Below, one piece after another: positions 22,339 through 32,398 of a stretch of 59,211 nt of DNA. This DNA is from Actinomycetales bacterium (lineage in GTDB: Bacteria; Actinomycetota; Actinomycetes; JAJZTN01). Both the position numbers and the translations under genes were made by a program. The DNA lies in the NCBI GenBank assembly GCA_051960855.1, contig JBQCDV010000084.1:1-59211 (forward strand), in the 5' to 3' direction. The stretch's first letter is position 1; every line of letters begins with the position of its first letter. Below the pieces are notes generated by a model. It saw only the letters and a program-made list of their open reading frames with translations, ran no database searches and was not told the origin of the DNA.

Positions 22339-23874
22339 ATGCGCTGGATCGGGTCTCGTCGCGCCATCACCGCCGCCGCTGCCTCCGCCGCCCTGCTCGC
22401 TGCGGTCGTCGGCCCAGCCGCCCCGTCGTCAGCCGACCCGGCGCCGGTGTCGTTCACGGCACCGATCGAGGGGTGGCCCACCCCGTGGATCAGCGAGAAG
22501 GGCTGCGACAGCACCCCGAAGGCAGGCACGAACAGCCTGGCGAACCTGCTGATCAGCTCGTGGGGCAACTTCGGCGGCTTCCTCACCGACCGCACGTGCA
22601 GCGCGACCGCCGAGAGCGGGCACGACGACTACCGCGCCATCGACTGGATTATCAACGTCCGCCAGAGCGACCAGGCGGGCGTCGCCGCGTCGTTCCTGTC
22701 GTGGCTGACAGCGACGGACGCCGACGGCAACCCAGACGCCATGGCGCGGCGGCTCGGCGTCATGTACGTCATCTGGAACAACTCCATGTGGCGCGCCTAC
22801 CCCCACAACGGCAACCCGGCCGGATCGTGGGAGCCATACCTGAGCTGCGCCACCACCGCCTGGGCGACCTCGGCGTACGACACGACCTGCCATCGCAACC
22901 ACATCCACGTCTCGCTGACGCCGGAGGGCGCCGCCGGTACGACGTCGTACTGGTCGACCGGCGGCGGCAGCTCGACGACGGGCACCGACAGCGGAAGCGC
23001 TCCAGTCAGCGCCCCCGCGCCCGTGCCGGCCCCGCAGCCGGCACCTCAGCCGGCACCGCAGCCGGCACCTCAGCCGGCACCTCAGCCGGCACCGCAACCC
23101 GCCACGGCTCCGGGACCGAAGGCTCCGTTGCGCGTGCTGGCAGCGGCCGGTGACCTCAACCGCGATGGGCGGGCGGACCTACTCGCCATCGATGCCGCCG
23201 GCGTGCTGTGGCGCTACGACGGCACCAGCAACGGCGTCGGGAGCGCCGTGCGACTCTCGACCGGCTGGGGCTCGATCCGGACCGTCACCGCTGGCGGCGA
23301 CTGGAACCGTGATGGCAAGGCCGACGTGATCGCCAGCGACGCCCGCAGCGGAGCCGTCTACCTCTATCCCGGACGGGGCAACGGCACGCTGGGTGCCCGG
23401 TCCGTGCTGGCTTCACGCGGCTTCACGAAGTCCCTGCTCGCTGGCGGCGGCGACCTCAACCGCGACGGCCGTCCGGACCTGGTCGAGCGGACGCCGTCCG
23501 GACGACTCCTCGTCTACCTCAACGCGGCGAAGCTCGGGGTCGGGCGGCTCGTCACGTGGCAGTACGCGACGGCCACGGGGATCACCCTCGCCGACACCAA
23601 CCGGGACGGTGTCGCCGATCTGGTGGCCAAGGACTCGGCCGGTCGGCTCTGGCGCGCGAACGGCAACGGGCGTGGCAGCTTCGGCGCCCGCGCCGTGATC
23701 GGGACGAGTGGCTGGCAGACGATGACGGCGATCGCCGGCGTGCAGGACCTGTCGCAGGACCGAGTGAGCGACCTGGTCGCCCGCGACTACCGGGGCCGGC
23801 TGTGGCTGTACCCCGGGACGGCGGCCGGAGGTCTCGACGCCCGCAACCGGGACCTGCTGGCCTCCGGGGTCTAG
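22339..23874 (+). CDS. Secreted protein: putative M15/LAS-type cell-wall peptidase domain, PQPA linker, FG-GAP/VCBS repeats
   Basis: Ala-rich signal peptide; GHDDYRAID...YVIWN...HRNHIHVS metal motif; five GDxNxDGxADL-like repeats. Confidence 0.75.
   Translation: MRWIGSRRAITAAAASAALLAAVVGPAAPSSADPAPVSFTAPIEGWPTPWISEKGCDSTPKAGTNSLANLLISSWGNFGGFLTDRTCSATAESGHDDYRAIDWIINVRQSDQAGVAASFLSWLTATDADGNPDAMARRLGVMYVIWNNSMWRAYPHNGNPAGSWEPYLSCATTAWATSAYDTTCHRNHIHVSLTPEGAAGTTSYWSTGGGSSTTGTDSGSAPVSAPAPVPAPQPAPQPAPQPAPQPAPQPAPQPATAPGPKAPLRVLAAAGDLNRDGRADLLAIDAAGVLWRYDGTSNGVGSAVRLSTGWGSIRTVTAGGDWNRDGKADVIASDARSGAVYLYPGRGNGTLGARSVLASRGFTKSLLAGGGDLNRDGRPDLVERTPSGRLLVYLNAAKLGVGRLVTWQYATATGITLADTNRDGVADLVAKDSAGRLWRANGNGRGSFGARAVIGTSGWQTMTAIAGVQDLSQDRVSDLVARDYRGRLWLYPGTAAGGLDARNRDLLASGV
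23026..23103 (+). repeat. In-frame 12-bp tandem repeat encoding (PQPA)n linker
   Basis: About six copies of CCGGCACC(T/G)CAG. Confidence 0.85.
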
Positions 23875-23881
23875 CCGCTGC

Positions 23882-24442
23882 TCAAAGGTGCAGCTGCACG
23901 ATCACGATGAGAAAGCACCAGACGGGCACCGAGAGCAAGGACAGCGCCGCGGTGGCCGTACGCACCCGGGTCGGTGAGCGCACCACGAGGCGCACCAGCA
24001 GGACTGCCGCGATGCCGACGAGTCCTCCGAGGCTGTTGAGGATGACGTCGTCCACGTCAGATGACCCGACCGCAAGCACCCACTGGAGGACCTCGGCGGC
24101 GACGCTGACTGCGGCGACCGCGAGCAAGGCCAGCCACCCGGGTGCGCGACGGCCGAACCACCGCGCGTAGACGCCCAGGGGGATGAAGAGGACGACGTTG
24201 CCGACCACGTTGGCCCACGCGAAGGGACTCAAGCCAGCCGAGCCGGCGGAGACGTAGGAGCTGATGGTCTGCAACGGCACGAGGTTGACCGACCGCTGCG
24301 TCCCGGGGGCACGGGAGAGGAACAGCACCTTCAGCAGGAAGACCGCGTAGAGGGTGAAGCCCGTGAGGATGGCCACCAGCTCGGCCCGTGACCGCCTCGT
24401 CGCGTCGGGCGGCGCCGGCACGACTGTCCCCCGGTCACCCAT
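23882..24442 (-). CDS. VanZ family membrane protein
   Basis: NLVPLQTI, GNVVLFIPLG, EVLQW, DVDDVILNSLGG. Confidence 0.88.
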   Translation of the reverse strand: MGDRGTVVPAPPDATRRSRAELVAILTGFTLYAVFLLKVLFLSRAPGTQRSVNLVPLQTISSYVSAGSAGLSPFAWANVVGNVVLFIPLGVYARWFGRRAPGWLALLAVAAVSVAAEVLQWVLAVGSSDVDDVILNSLGGLVGIAAVLLVRLVVRSPTRVRTATAALSLLSVPVWCFLIVIVQLHL

Positions 24443-24476
24443 CCCGACGATCCTAGGGCGGCGTCACGCCAGACGA

Positions 24477-24508
24477 CGAAGGGCCGGTCCATCAGGACCG
24501 GCCCTTCG
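24477..24508 (-). terminator. Terminator hairpin downstream of ssrA
   Basis: CGAAGGGCCGGTCC-ATCA-GGACCGGCCCTTCG, perfect 14-bp stem. Confidence 0.8.
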
Positions 24509-24518
24509 GTTGAACAGG

Positions 24519-24910
24519 GGTGGAGGTGGCGGGAATTGAACCCGCGTCCTTCGGCATGAGAACAAGGCTTCTCCGGGCGCAGCCTGCTGTGATTTTCTCA
24601 GCCCCGGCAGTCACGCAGGCAAGCTGCCGACAGGCTCAGTCACTGTTTGATTTTCCTACCGACCCCGTGACCGGGTCGACAGGTTGAGCTCCCTGAATGA
24701 GGCCAGCATCCGGGTCGGGAGCATCCCCGGGCTGACCGCAGCGTTAGTTGCTAGTCGCTCAGGCCGCGAGGGCGCAAGCGTTCTTGCTGCTGCAGTGCGC
24801 GTTGGTATTGGCGCTTGTTTCTTTTGCTGGGCATGGTTAACGAGATCACCCCAGCACTCCTCGGCCCGCTTCCCCTGGACAGATGTCCGAAGTCGAGACC
24901 ATTCACCCCC
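24519..24910 (-). ncRNA. ssrA: tmRNA
   Basis: 5' GGGGGTGAATGGTCTCGAC pairs with 3' CACCTCCA including the G3:U70 Ala determinant; T-arm GCGGGTTCAATTCCCGC; tag ORF 24759-24812 ending ALAA-stop; adjacent to smpB. Confidence 0.97.
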
Positions 24911-25050
24911 TGTGATGTTGTCAAGCAGCGCCGCCGGCACCGCGACAGGCTTCCCCGCCTCGGCCACCGCCAGCGTCGTTCAGACTACCCACTCCAACGC
25001 GGCGGCATCCAGTGAGATTCCCCCGGACGGAGGCTCCCCCAGACGGCGGG

Positions 25051-25530
25051 CTAGCGGGTCATGCCCTTGGCGTAGCGGCCGATGGCCCGCTGCATCTCCC
25101 GCTGGGCGTCGCGCTCGGCGAGGGTCTGCCGCTTGTCGTAGGACTTCTTGCCGCGGGCGAGGGCGAGCTCGACCTTGGCCTTGCCGTCCTTGAAGTACAG
25201 CGAGAGGGGCACGAGGGTGGCACCGCTCTCCTTGGTCTTGCCGATGAGGCGCTCGATCTCACCGCGGTGCAGCAGCAGCTTGCGCCGACGCCGGGGGGCG
25301 TGGTTGGTCCAGGTGCCCTGCGTGTACTCCGGGATGTGCACGCCCTCGAGCCAGATCTCGCCGTCACGGATGGTGGCGAAGCCGTCGACCAGGCTCGCCC
25401 GGCCGGCGCGCAACGATTTGACCTCGGTGCCGGTCAGCACGATGCCAGCCTCGTAGGTCGTCTCCACGTGGTAGTCGTGGCGCGCCTTCTTGTTCTGCGC
25501 GATCAGCTTGTGGCCCTGCTCCTTGGGCAC
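25051..25530 (-). CDS. smpB: SsrA-binding protein
   Basis: [37 protein letters not shown]. Confidence 0.98.
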   Translation of the reverse strand: MPKEQGHKLIAQNKKARHDYHVETTYEAGIVLTGTEVKSLRAGRASLVDGFATIRDGEIWLEGVHIPEYTQGTWTNHAPRRRRKLLLHRGEIERLIGKTKESGATLVPLSLYFKDGKAKVELALARGKKSYDKRQTLAERDAQREMQRAIGRYAKGMTR

Positions 25531-25532
25531 GC

Positions 25533-26702
25533 TCAGCCCCTCCCGCTGCCTGGTAGTGATGCGACGAGCCCGGCCAGCACGTCGACCCCTCGGCGGAGGG
25601 CGACGGCTGGGTCATCGGACGCAGCGAGTGTGACATCCGGGGTCAAGCCGATTCCCTCGATGCTGCGCCCGCTGGGGGTGAAGTAGCGCCCGACCGTGAG
25701 CTCGAGCGCTCCCCCGTCGGGAAGCTCAACCGGCTCCTGCACCGAGCCCTTCCCGAACGTGCGCGTCCCCACCAGGACCGCCCGGTTGCGCTCCTGCAGG
25801 GCGGCCGAGACGACTTCGGCGGCGCTCGCGGTGCCGGCGTCGACCAGCACCACCAGCGGCGTGTGGACGTCGCCTCCGGGGGGCGCGGACAGCGTCGTTC
25901 GGGAATGCCCGCGGCGGTCATAGGAGACGACGGTGCCGCCGTCGAGGAAGGCCCCGGCCACCTCGACAGCCTCGTCGACGAGGCCGCCGGGGTTGCCGCG
26001 CAGGTCCAGAACGACGCCGTCACGGTGCCGCTCGGGGTCCTGCTGCAGGACCTGGCGCACCTGGCGTCCGACTCCGCGCGCGAACGACGTGATCTGGATG
26101 TCGAGCACGCGCGGTCGCAGCTGCTCGACGCTGACGTTGGCGGCGGTGACGTCGGCGTGAGGCAGGGTCACGTCGAGAGTCTGCGCGCCCCGCCGGACCG
26201 TGAGATCGGTGCGCTCGCCGCGCGCACCACGGAGGGTGGCGGCGACGTCCCCGGCGGTGCGGCCCGCCGTGCTGTGGTGGGCGACGGCGAGGACGAGGTC
26301 GCCGACGTGCAGGCCGGCGCGGGCGGCCGGGGACCCGGGCGTCACCGAACCCACTTCGACGGCGGAGGACGCGGTGGGTCGCAGCCACAGTCCCACCCCC
26401 ACGTAGCGGCCCTCCAGCGCATCCTGCTGCGACTGGAACTGCGCGGCGGGGTAGTAGGCCGACCACCGGTCGTGCAGCTGCTCGACCATCGCGCGCAGGG
26501 CCGCGCGCTCGAGGGTGGCGCGGTCGACAGGGGCGGCGGCGGTGTCGGCGATCTCGGCGGCAGCGCGGTCGAGGACACCACCGGCTGTCGAGGGTGCCGC
26601 GGGCGCGGGGTGCGAGCCGAGGGCGCCGGTGAGCACCCCGGCGAGGTAGGCGGCCGCGACGCCACCGACCAGGGCGGCACGTCGAACGACGGTGCGGCGC
26701 AT
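25533..26702 (-). CDS. S41 family carboxy-terminal processing peptidase with PDZ domain
   Basis: [28 protein letters not shown]. Confidence 0.92.
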   Translation of the reverse strand: MRRTVVRRAALVGGVAAAYLAGVLTGALGSHPAPAAPSTAGGVLDRAAAEIADTAAAPVDRATLERAALRAMVEQLHDRWSAYYPAAQFQSQQDALEGRYVGVGLWLRPTASSAVEVGSVTPGSPAARAGLHVGDLVLAVAHHSTAGRTAGDVAATLRGARGERTDLTVRRGAQTLDVTLPHADVTAANVSVEQLRPRVLDIQITSFARGVGRQVRQVLQQDPERHRDGVVLDLRGNPGGLVDEAVEVAGAFLDGGTVVSYDRRGHSRTTLSAPPGGDVHTPLVVLVDAGTASAAEVVSAALQERNRAVLVGTRTFGKGSVQEPVELPDGGALELTVGRYFTPSGRSIEGIGLTPDVTLAASDDPAVALRRGVDVLAGLVASLPGSGRG

Positions 26703-26742
26703 CCGCCCAGTCTAGGAGCGGGCGACGCGCGACGCCGGGCGT

Positions 26743-28095
26743 CTAGAGCACGACCGCCGGGCCGTTGGGGCACAGCGAGGCGACAGTGCGCATCGGGCCA
26801 CCGAACCACCCCATCGGGTCGTAGGCGACACCGTTGACCGTGACATTGAAGTGCAGGTGGGGCCCCGTGGCGAAGCCGCTGGCGCCGACGTAGCCGATGA
26901 CCTGCCCGCGCTGCACCTGCTGGCCCACGCTCACTGAGAAGCCGGGCTGGTGGGCATACCAGGTCGCCAGTCCCCCACCGTGGGCGATGACGGTGGTGTA
27001 GCCGTCCCAGGCGGTGTACTCGGTCGCGATGACGACCCCAGCAGCAGCCGCGTAGATGGGCGCGCCCCCACCGGGAGCAATGTCGATGCCCGAGTGGCAG
27101 CTGGGGTTGCCCGTGACGGGGTTGGTGCGGTAGCCGGCCACTGTCGAGATCCGACCGTTGGCGGGGAACTGGAGAGCACCGGACGGGACTCCCGCCGGCA
27201 CGGCGTGCTGGCGGGCGGCCTGCTCCTCGGCCTTCTTGATGCGAGCGGCCAGAGCCGCCGACTGCTGCTCGGCCTGGCGCAGCTGCTCCTGCTCGAGCCT
27301 GCGCTGCTCCTCGATCGTCTGCTTGGCGGCTGCGCGTGCCGCGATCAGCTGCTCGACCTTCGCCTGGGCCGCGGTCGCCTCGTCCGCCCGGCGCTGCCGC
27401 TCGGCCACCGCCTGCTGCGACTCCTTGCGCATCTGCGCCACCTGCGCCTGCTTGGCGTCGAGGTAGGCCTGGGCTGCGCGAAGGTCGGCCTTGCTGGTGG
27501 CCAGATCGGCGAGTGCGGCGTCACCGGCGTCGAGCGCGGCCTTGACCAGCTGGAGGCGGTCAGCGAACTGGTCAGGGCTCGTGGCGTTGAGCGCGACGGC
27601 CAGCTCGCCCATCCCGCCCGAGCGGTACGCGGCCGCAGCGAGCTCACCCAGGTCACTCTGCTGCTGGGCCAGCCGATCCGTGGCCGTCGCAAGGGCGCGC
27701 TTGCCCTTGTCCTGCTCGGCTTCGGCGAGCTGGAGCTGGGCGGCGACCGCCTCGTCGTGGGCCTTCGCCTTGTCGAGAGCGGCGCTGGCGGAGGCCGCCG
27801 CAGCCTGCGCATCGGGCAGCTCGGACTGGGCCTGTGCGAGTGCGACGGCGGCGTCCTGCAGCGCCTGGCTGGACTCGTCCAGCTGGTCGCGCAACGCCGA
27901 GATCTGGGCGTCCAGAGCCTTCTTCTTCGCCTTGTCGTCGGCGGAGACGCCAGCAGCGGGGCTCTGGGAGAAGGCCGTCGAGACCGAGGACCTCGCCGCT
28001 GCGAGGACCGGGACGGACGGTGCCGCCGTCGCGAGGACAGCGAGGCCGAGGCTGCCGCTGAGAGCGGCGGTCAGCACGGCACGGGCACGGCGCAC
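26743..28095 (-). CDS. M23 peptidase with coiled coil (FtsEX-associated)
   Basis: Signal peptide, long coiled coil, HSGID, YAH, ATGPHLHF. Confidence 0.9.
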   Translation of the reverse strand: MRRARAVLTAALSGSLGLAVLATAAPSVPVLAAARSSVSTAFSQSPAAGVSADDKAKKKALDAQISALRDQLDESSQALQDAAVALAQAQSELPDAQAAAASASAALDKAKAHDEAVAAQLQLAEAEQDKGKRALATATDRLAQQQSDLGELAAAAYRSGGMGELAVALNATSPDQFADRLQLVKAALDAGDAALADLATSKADLRAAQAYLDAKQAQVAQMRKESQQAVAERQRRADEATAAQAKVEQLIAARAAAKQTIEEQRRLEQEQLRQAEQQSAALAARIKKAEEQAARQHAVPAGVPSGALQFPANGRISTVAGYRTNPVTGNPSCHSGIDIAPGGGAPIYAAAAGVVIATEYTAWDGYTTVIAHGGGLATWYAHQPGFSVSVGQQVQRGQVIGYVGASGFATGPHLHFNVTVNGVAYDPMGWFGGPMRTVASLCPNGPAVVL

Positions 28096-28212
28096 GGACG
28101 GTCTCCCGGAGGTGGCGGAGGCAGGCGTGAGGCACCCGCCGAGGGCAGGCGCTCTAGGACTATCACGATCGACGGGTCCTGCTGGGGACTTGAGGGGATC
28201 TGGGGAGAAGTG

Positions 28213-29118
28213 TCAGACCCGCAGGTAGCGCCGCAGGGTCACGAAGGCAGCCGCGGCGGCGAGGGCAGCACCGGTGACGAGGAGCACGGGGACGGTTCCC
28301 CACACCTCGCTCCACCCGATGTAGCGGGTGATGGGGAAGCCCTGCTCGAGCCGGTCGATGACGAGGAACTGCACGAGGCCGGCCAGGGCCGCCGCCGCGA
28401 GGACTGCCCCGACCAGGCCCGCAACGGCGCCTTCGAGGATGAAGGGCAGCTGGATGTAGAAGTTGGACGCCCCGACCAGGCGCATGATCCCGGTCTCGCG
28501 TCGCCGACTGAAGGCGGCGACCCGGATGGTGTTGGAGATCAGCAGCGCCGCCGCGACGAGCTGGATGAGGGCGAAGCCGAGCGCTCCGAGCTGCAGGCCG
28601 TTGAGGACCCGGAAGAGCTTGTCCAGCACGGCTCGCTGGTCCTGCACCTCGTCGACACCGGGCCGCTCCTCGAACGCGCTGGCCACGATCGGGAAGTCGT
28701 TGGGGTCGGTCAGCTTGACGCGGAAGGACTCCGGCAGCGAGCTGGGCTTAATCGCGTCGACGATGTCCGAGTCCGGCATCGACTGCTTGAAGTGCCGGTA
28801 GGCCTCCTCGCTGGACTCGTAGTAGACCTGCTCCACCTGCGGCAGCGACCTCAGCTGCTGCTGGAGCTCCTCACGCTGCTCGGGCGTGACGGGACCGGCG
28901 GCACAGCCGGGCGAGGTGGACCCGGTGCCGCACAGGAAGATCGCCACCTCGACCTTGTCGTACCAGTAGCCCTTCATTACATCGACCTGCTGGCGCAGCA
29001 GCAGTCCGGCGCCGAGGAAGAACAGCGAGATCGCGACGGTGACGACGACGGCCACGGTCATGGTCAGGTTGCGTCGGAGCGCGACCGCGATCTCCGAGGC
29101 GATGAACTGCAGCCGCAC
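28213..29118 (-). CDS. ftsX: Cell division permease FtsX
   Basis: LRRNLTMT, ISNTIRVAAFSRRRETGIMRLVGASNFYIQLPFILEG. Confidence 0.96.
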   Translation of the reverse strand: MRLQFIASEIAVALRRNLTMTVAVVVTVAISLFFLGAGLLLRQQVDVMKGYWYDKVEVAIFLCGTGSTSPGCAAGPVTPEQREELQQQLRSLPQVEQVYYESSEEAYRHFKQSMPDSDIVDAIKPSSLPESFRVKLTDPNDFPIVASAFEERPGVDEVQDQRAVLDKLFRVLNGLQLGALGFALIQLVAAALLISNTIRVAAFSRRRETGIMRLVGASNFYIQLPFILEGAVAGLVGAVLAAAALAGLVQFLVIDRLEQGFPITRYIGWSEVWGTVPVLLVTGAALAAAAAFVTLRRYLRV

Positions 29119-29121
29119 GCC

Positions 29122-29811
29122 CTACCTCGCGTACCCGTAGACGCCGCGGGACTGGTCACGCACCAGCTGCCCGGAGTCGAGCTCGATCACACGCTTGCGC
29201 ATCTGGTCGACGATCCCCTTGTCGTGCGTCGCCATGACGATGGTCGTCCCGGTGCGGTTGATGCGGTCGAGCAACCGCATGATCCCGATGCTCGTCGCGG
29301 GGTCGAGGTTGCCGGTGGGCTCGTCGGCGATGAGGATCATCGGTTTGTTGACGAAGGCGCGGGCGATCGCGACCCGCTGCTGCTCGCCGCCGGAGAGCTC
29401 GTCGGGACGCCGGTCCTCCTTGCCGTCGAGACCGACGAGGGCGAGGACCTCCGGGACCCGCTGGGCGATGAGGGCCCGCGGCTTGCCGAGAACCTGCAGC
29501 GCGAAGGCGACGTTCTCGTGGACGGTCTTGGTCGGCAGCAGCCGGAAGTCCTGGAACACGGTGCCGACCTGTCGCCGAAAGGCGGGTACCCGCCAGGAGG
29601 CGATGCGGCGCAGGTCCTTGCCCGCCACGAAGACCTGCCCGCGGGTGGCCGTCTCCTCTCGCAGCACGAGACGTAGGAAGGTCGACTTGCCCGACCCCGA
29701 CTGGCCGACGAGGAAGACGAACTCCCCCCGCTCGATCTCGACACTCACGTCGTCGAGGGCGGGACGCTGGGTCGCGGCGTAGGTCTTGGTGACGTGCTCG
29801 AAGCGGATCAT
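29122..29811 (-). CDS. ftsE: Cell division ATP-binding protein FtsE
   Basis: [34 protein letters not shown]. Confidence 0.97.
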   Translation of the reverse strand: MIRFEHVTKTYAATQRPALDDVSVEIERGEFVFLVGQSGSGKSTFLRLVLREETATRGQVFVAGKDLRRIASWRVPAFRRQVGTVFQDFRLLPTKTVHENVAFALQVLGKPRALIAQRVPEVLALVGLDGKEDRRPDELSGGEQQRVAIARAFVNKPMILIADEPTGNLDPATSIGIMRLLDRINRTGTTIVMATHDKGIVDQMRKRVIELDSGQLVRDQSRGVYGYAR

Positions 29812-29994
29812 GAGTGAGGCACCTGCATCGTCCCTTCCTGAACCGCCTGATCGGACTTTCGGCCCACTTTCGAGATCACTTCACGTGGGAATCGTGAAGG
29901 TCGACACGATGGGCGTGCCTTCCTGATTGTCGGCGCTGAGCGAGCAGAGCTCACCGCCCAGGGAGGACCGAAGCAGTGTCGACCAGGAGGCCTC

Positions 29995-31932
29995 GTGAGC
30001 GGTGCCACGCGCGAAGCCGACCGTCTCGAGTCGCTGCGCACCTACGCCCTGTCCGCTGCCCGAGAGCAGGCCTTCGACGATATCGCCCGCCTCGCCGCGG
30101 TCGTCTGCGACGCGCCGATCGGCCTGGTGAACGTCGTCGACCAGGACCTGGTGTGGGGCAAGGGCAGCTACGGCAGCCTGCCGACCTACGCTCCGCGGCC
30201 GGCCGGCTCCTTCTGCGAGGCCCTCGTCGCATCGTCGGCCGACGCCCTCGTGGTGCCCGACGCCGTCTGCGACCCCGCGTGGGCCGGGACGCCGTTCGTC
30301 GCTGGCGCCGACGGGATCCGCGCCTACGCCGGCGCGCCGGTCATCGGCCGCGACGGGCTCGCGCTCGGCACTGTGTGCGTCCTCGACACCGAGGCCCGCC
30401 CCTTCACAGACGAGCAGGTGAGCGACCTGCTCGCCCTGGCCGCGCAGGCGACCGCCGTCTTCGAGCTGCACCGCGCAGACGTCCGGCAGCACCGGCCCAC
30501 CGACCCCGTCCCGGCCGCGGGCGGCGGTCTCGCTGACCCCCGTCGGCTGCGCGAGGCCCTCGAACGGCGCGAGTTCGTGCCCTACTTCCAGCCCATCGTG
30601 GACGTGGTCTCGGGCGCGCCGGTCGGGTTCGAGGCTCTCCTGCGGTGGCAGCACCCGGTGCTCGGCCTCGTCCCCCCGGCGGAGTTCCTGCCCGCCATCG
30701 AGTCCTCCGGGCTGATGCTTCCTGTCGGGCGCTCCGTCATCGAGCAGTCGCTGGACCACGTCCGCCGGTGGCGGAGCGACTTCGTCCTGCCGGAGGCGCT
30801 GACCGTCGCTGTCAATGTGAGCCCCGCCCAGCTCGCAGCCCCCGGTCTGGCCGCCTTCGTCGCCGGTGCCCTGCAGGCCCGCGACCTGCCAGCTGCGAGC
30901 CTCACCGTCGAGCTCACCGAGACGCTCGACCTGCTCGACTGCGACGTCGCGCGCACCGAGCTCGCGGAGCTGCGGGCGCTGGGCGTGCACGTCGCGATCG
31001 ATGACTACGGGACGGGCCACTCCGGCCTCATGCGGCTGCTCGACCTGCCCGTCAGCACCCTCAAGCTCGACCGCTCCCTGACATCGCGGCTGCCTGACGA
31101 CGCCCGCGCCCTCGCCGCAGCACGCTCGGTCCTCGGTCTCGCGCACGACCTGGCCGTCGCCGTCATCGCCGAAGGGGTCGAGACCGGCGAGCAGCAGCGA
31201 GCCCTCGCCGACATCGGCTGCCTCCACGCTCAGGGTTTCCGGTTCTCCCGCCCGCTCCCAGCGGAGCAGATCGCCACCTTCCTCGCCCCCTGGGAGACGC
31301 GGCCGGTGCTCGCCGTCGCGGAGCCGCCACGGCGTCACGCTCGTCGGACCCCGGCCCCGACCCCGACCCCGGCCCCCGGCGAGGCGCCGGGACCCACGCG
31401 AGGCAGCGGTCACTCCGTCGTTCTCTACCGCTCAGACGCCGAGCTGACCGAGGCAGCCCTGGCCCACCTGACGGGAGACCTCGCGAGCAACGAGGCACTT
31501 GTCGTCGTCGCGACGCATAGCCACCGGCGCCGGTTCGAGACCGCGATGACTCGGCGTGGACATGATGTGGCCGCGTGGCGAGCGGCGCGTCGCTACCTCG
31601 CCCTCGACGCCGACGAGCTGCTCGCGAGCTTCCTCGACGGTGGCCGACTGGACGCCGACCGTTTCCGCGCGGTCGTCGGTCCCCTCGTCGCGCCCGACGG
31701 GGGCGTCGTGCACGTGCGTGTCTACGGCGAGATGGTCGCGCGCCTGTGGGAGTCCGGCCGGCGCGCCGAGGCGGTCGACCTGGAGGAGCTGTGGTGCGAC
31801 CTGGGCGGCCGATACGCCTTCTCGCTGCTGTGCGGCTATCCCCTCGCACAGCTAGCGGGTGACGACCAACGCGGCTACCTGCAGCGGGTGATCGCGCGTC
31901 ACGCCGCACCACCCGTCGACGGCGCCGCCTGA
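29995..31932 (+). CDS. GAF-EAL-MEDS c-di-GMP phosphodiesterase
   Basis: N-terminal GAF (IRAYAGAPV...GTVCVLD); EAL motifs YFQPIV, FEALLRW, DDYGTG, EGVET; C-terminal HSVVLY...RVYGEM...LEELW...LLCGY (MEDS). Confidence 0.85.
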   Translation: MSGATREADRLESLRTYALSAAREQAFDDIARLAAVVCDAPIGLVNVVDQDLVWGKGSYGSLPTYAPRPAGSFCEALVASSADALVVPDAVCDPAWAGTPFVAGADGIRAYAGAPVIGRDGLALGTVCVLDTEARPFTDEQVSDLLALAAQATAVFELHRADVRQHRPTDPVPAAGGGLADPRRLREALERREFVPYFQPIVDVVSGAPVGFEALLRWQHPVLGLVPPAEFLPAIESSGLMLPVGRSVIEQSLDHVRRWRSDFVLPEALTVAVNVSPAQLAAPGLAAFVAGALQARDLPAASLTVELTETLDLLDCDVARTELAELRALGVHVAIDDYGTGHSGLMRLLDLPVSTLKLDRSLTSRLPDDARALAAARSVLGLAHDLAVAVIAEGVETGEQQRALADIGCLHAQGFRFSRPLPAEQIATFLAPWETRPVLAVAEPPRRHARRTPAPTPTPAPGEAPGPTRGSGHSVVLYRSDAELTEAALAHLTGDLASNEALVVVATHSHRRRFETAMTRRGHDVAAWRAARRYLALDADELLASFLDGGRLDADRFRAVVGPLVAPDGGVVHVRVYGEMVARLWESGRRAEAVDLEELWCDLGGRYAFSLLCGYPLAQLAGDDQRGYLQRVIARHAAPPVDGAA

Positions 31933-31953
31933 GCCAGTCGTCAGACTGTCGAG

Positions 31954-32298
31954 GTGCAGCTGCTCTCTCCGACCGAATTCGAGGAGCTCGTGGCCGACGC
32001 CCTCGACGCTCTGCCGCCGGAGCTGACCGCCGGCTTCGACAATGTCGTCCTCGTGGTCGAGGACGAGCACCCCGACGAGCCCGAACTGCTGGGGCTCTAC
32101 GAGGGCATCGCGCTCACCGAGCGGGAGTTCTACAGCGCCGTGCTGCCCGACCGCATCACGCTCTACCGGATCCCGCTGTGCCTGATGGCCGAAGACCTCG
32201 ACGACCTGGCACACGAGGTCCGCGTCACCGTCGTGCACGAGTTCGCCCACCACGTGGGCATCGACGACGAGCGGCTGCACGAGCTCGGCTGGGCCTGA
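31954..32298 (+). CDS. Zincin-like metallopeptidase family protein (DUF1025)
   Basis: LLGLYEG, PDRITLYR, TVVHEFAHHVG. Confidence 0.88.
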   Translation: MQLLSPTEFEELVADALDALPPELTAGFDNVVLVVEDEHPDEPELLGLYEGIALTEREFYSAVLPDRITLYRIPLCLMAEDLDDLAHEVRVTVVHEFAHHVGIDDERLHELGWA

Positions 32299-32398
32299 CA
32301 CGACGAGAGGTGATGCGCCGGCTGCCTTACACGGGGCGTGTCTCCCTCGGGCCCAGCGGATGAGAAGCGTTCGTCGCAGCGGCACGACGGGGATGCGG

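Noticed and set aside
24477-24560. Element integrated at the ssrA 3' end
   Set aside because: No integrase or duplicated ssrA 3' end was seen; the terminator follows directly. The missing encoded terminal A of CCA is common in actinobacteria.
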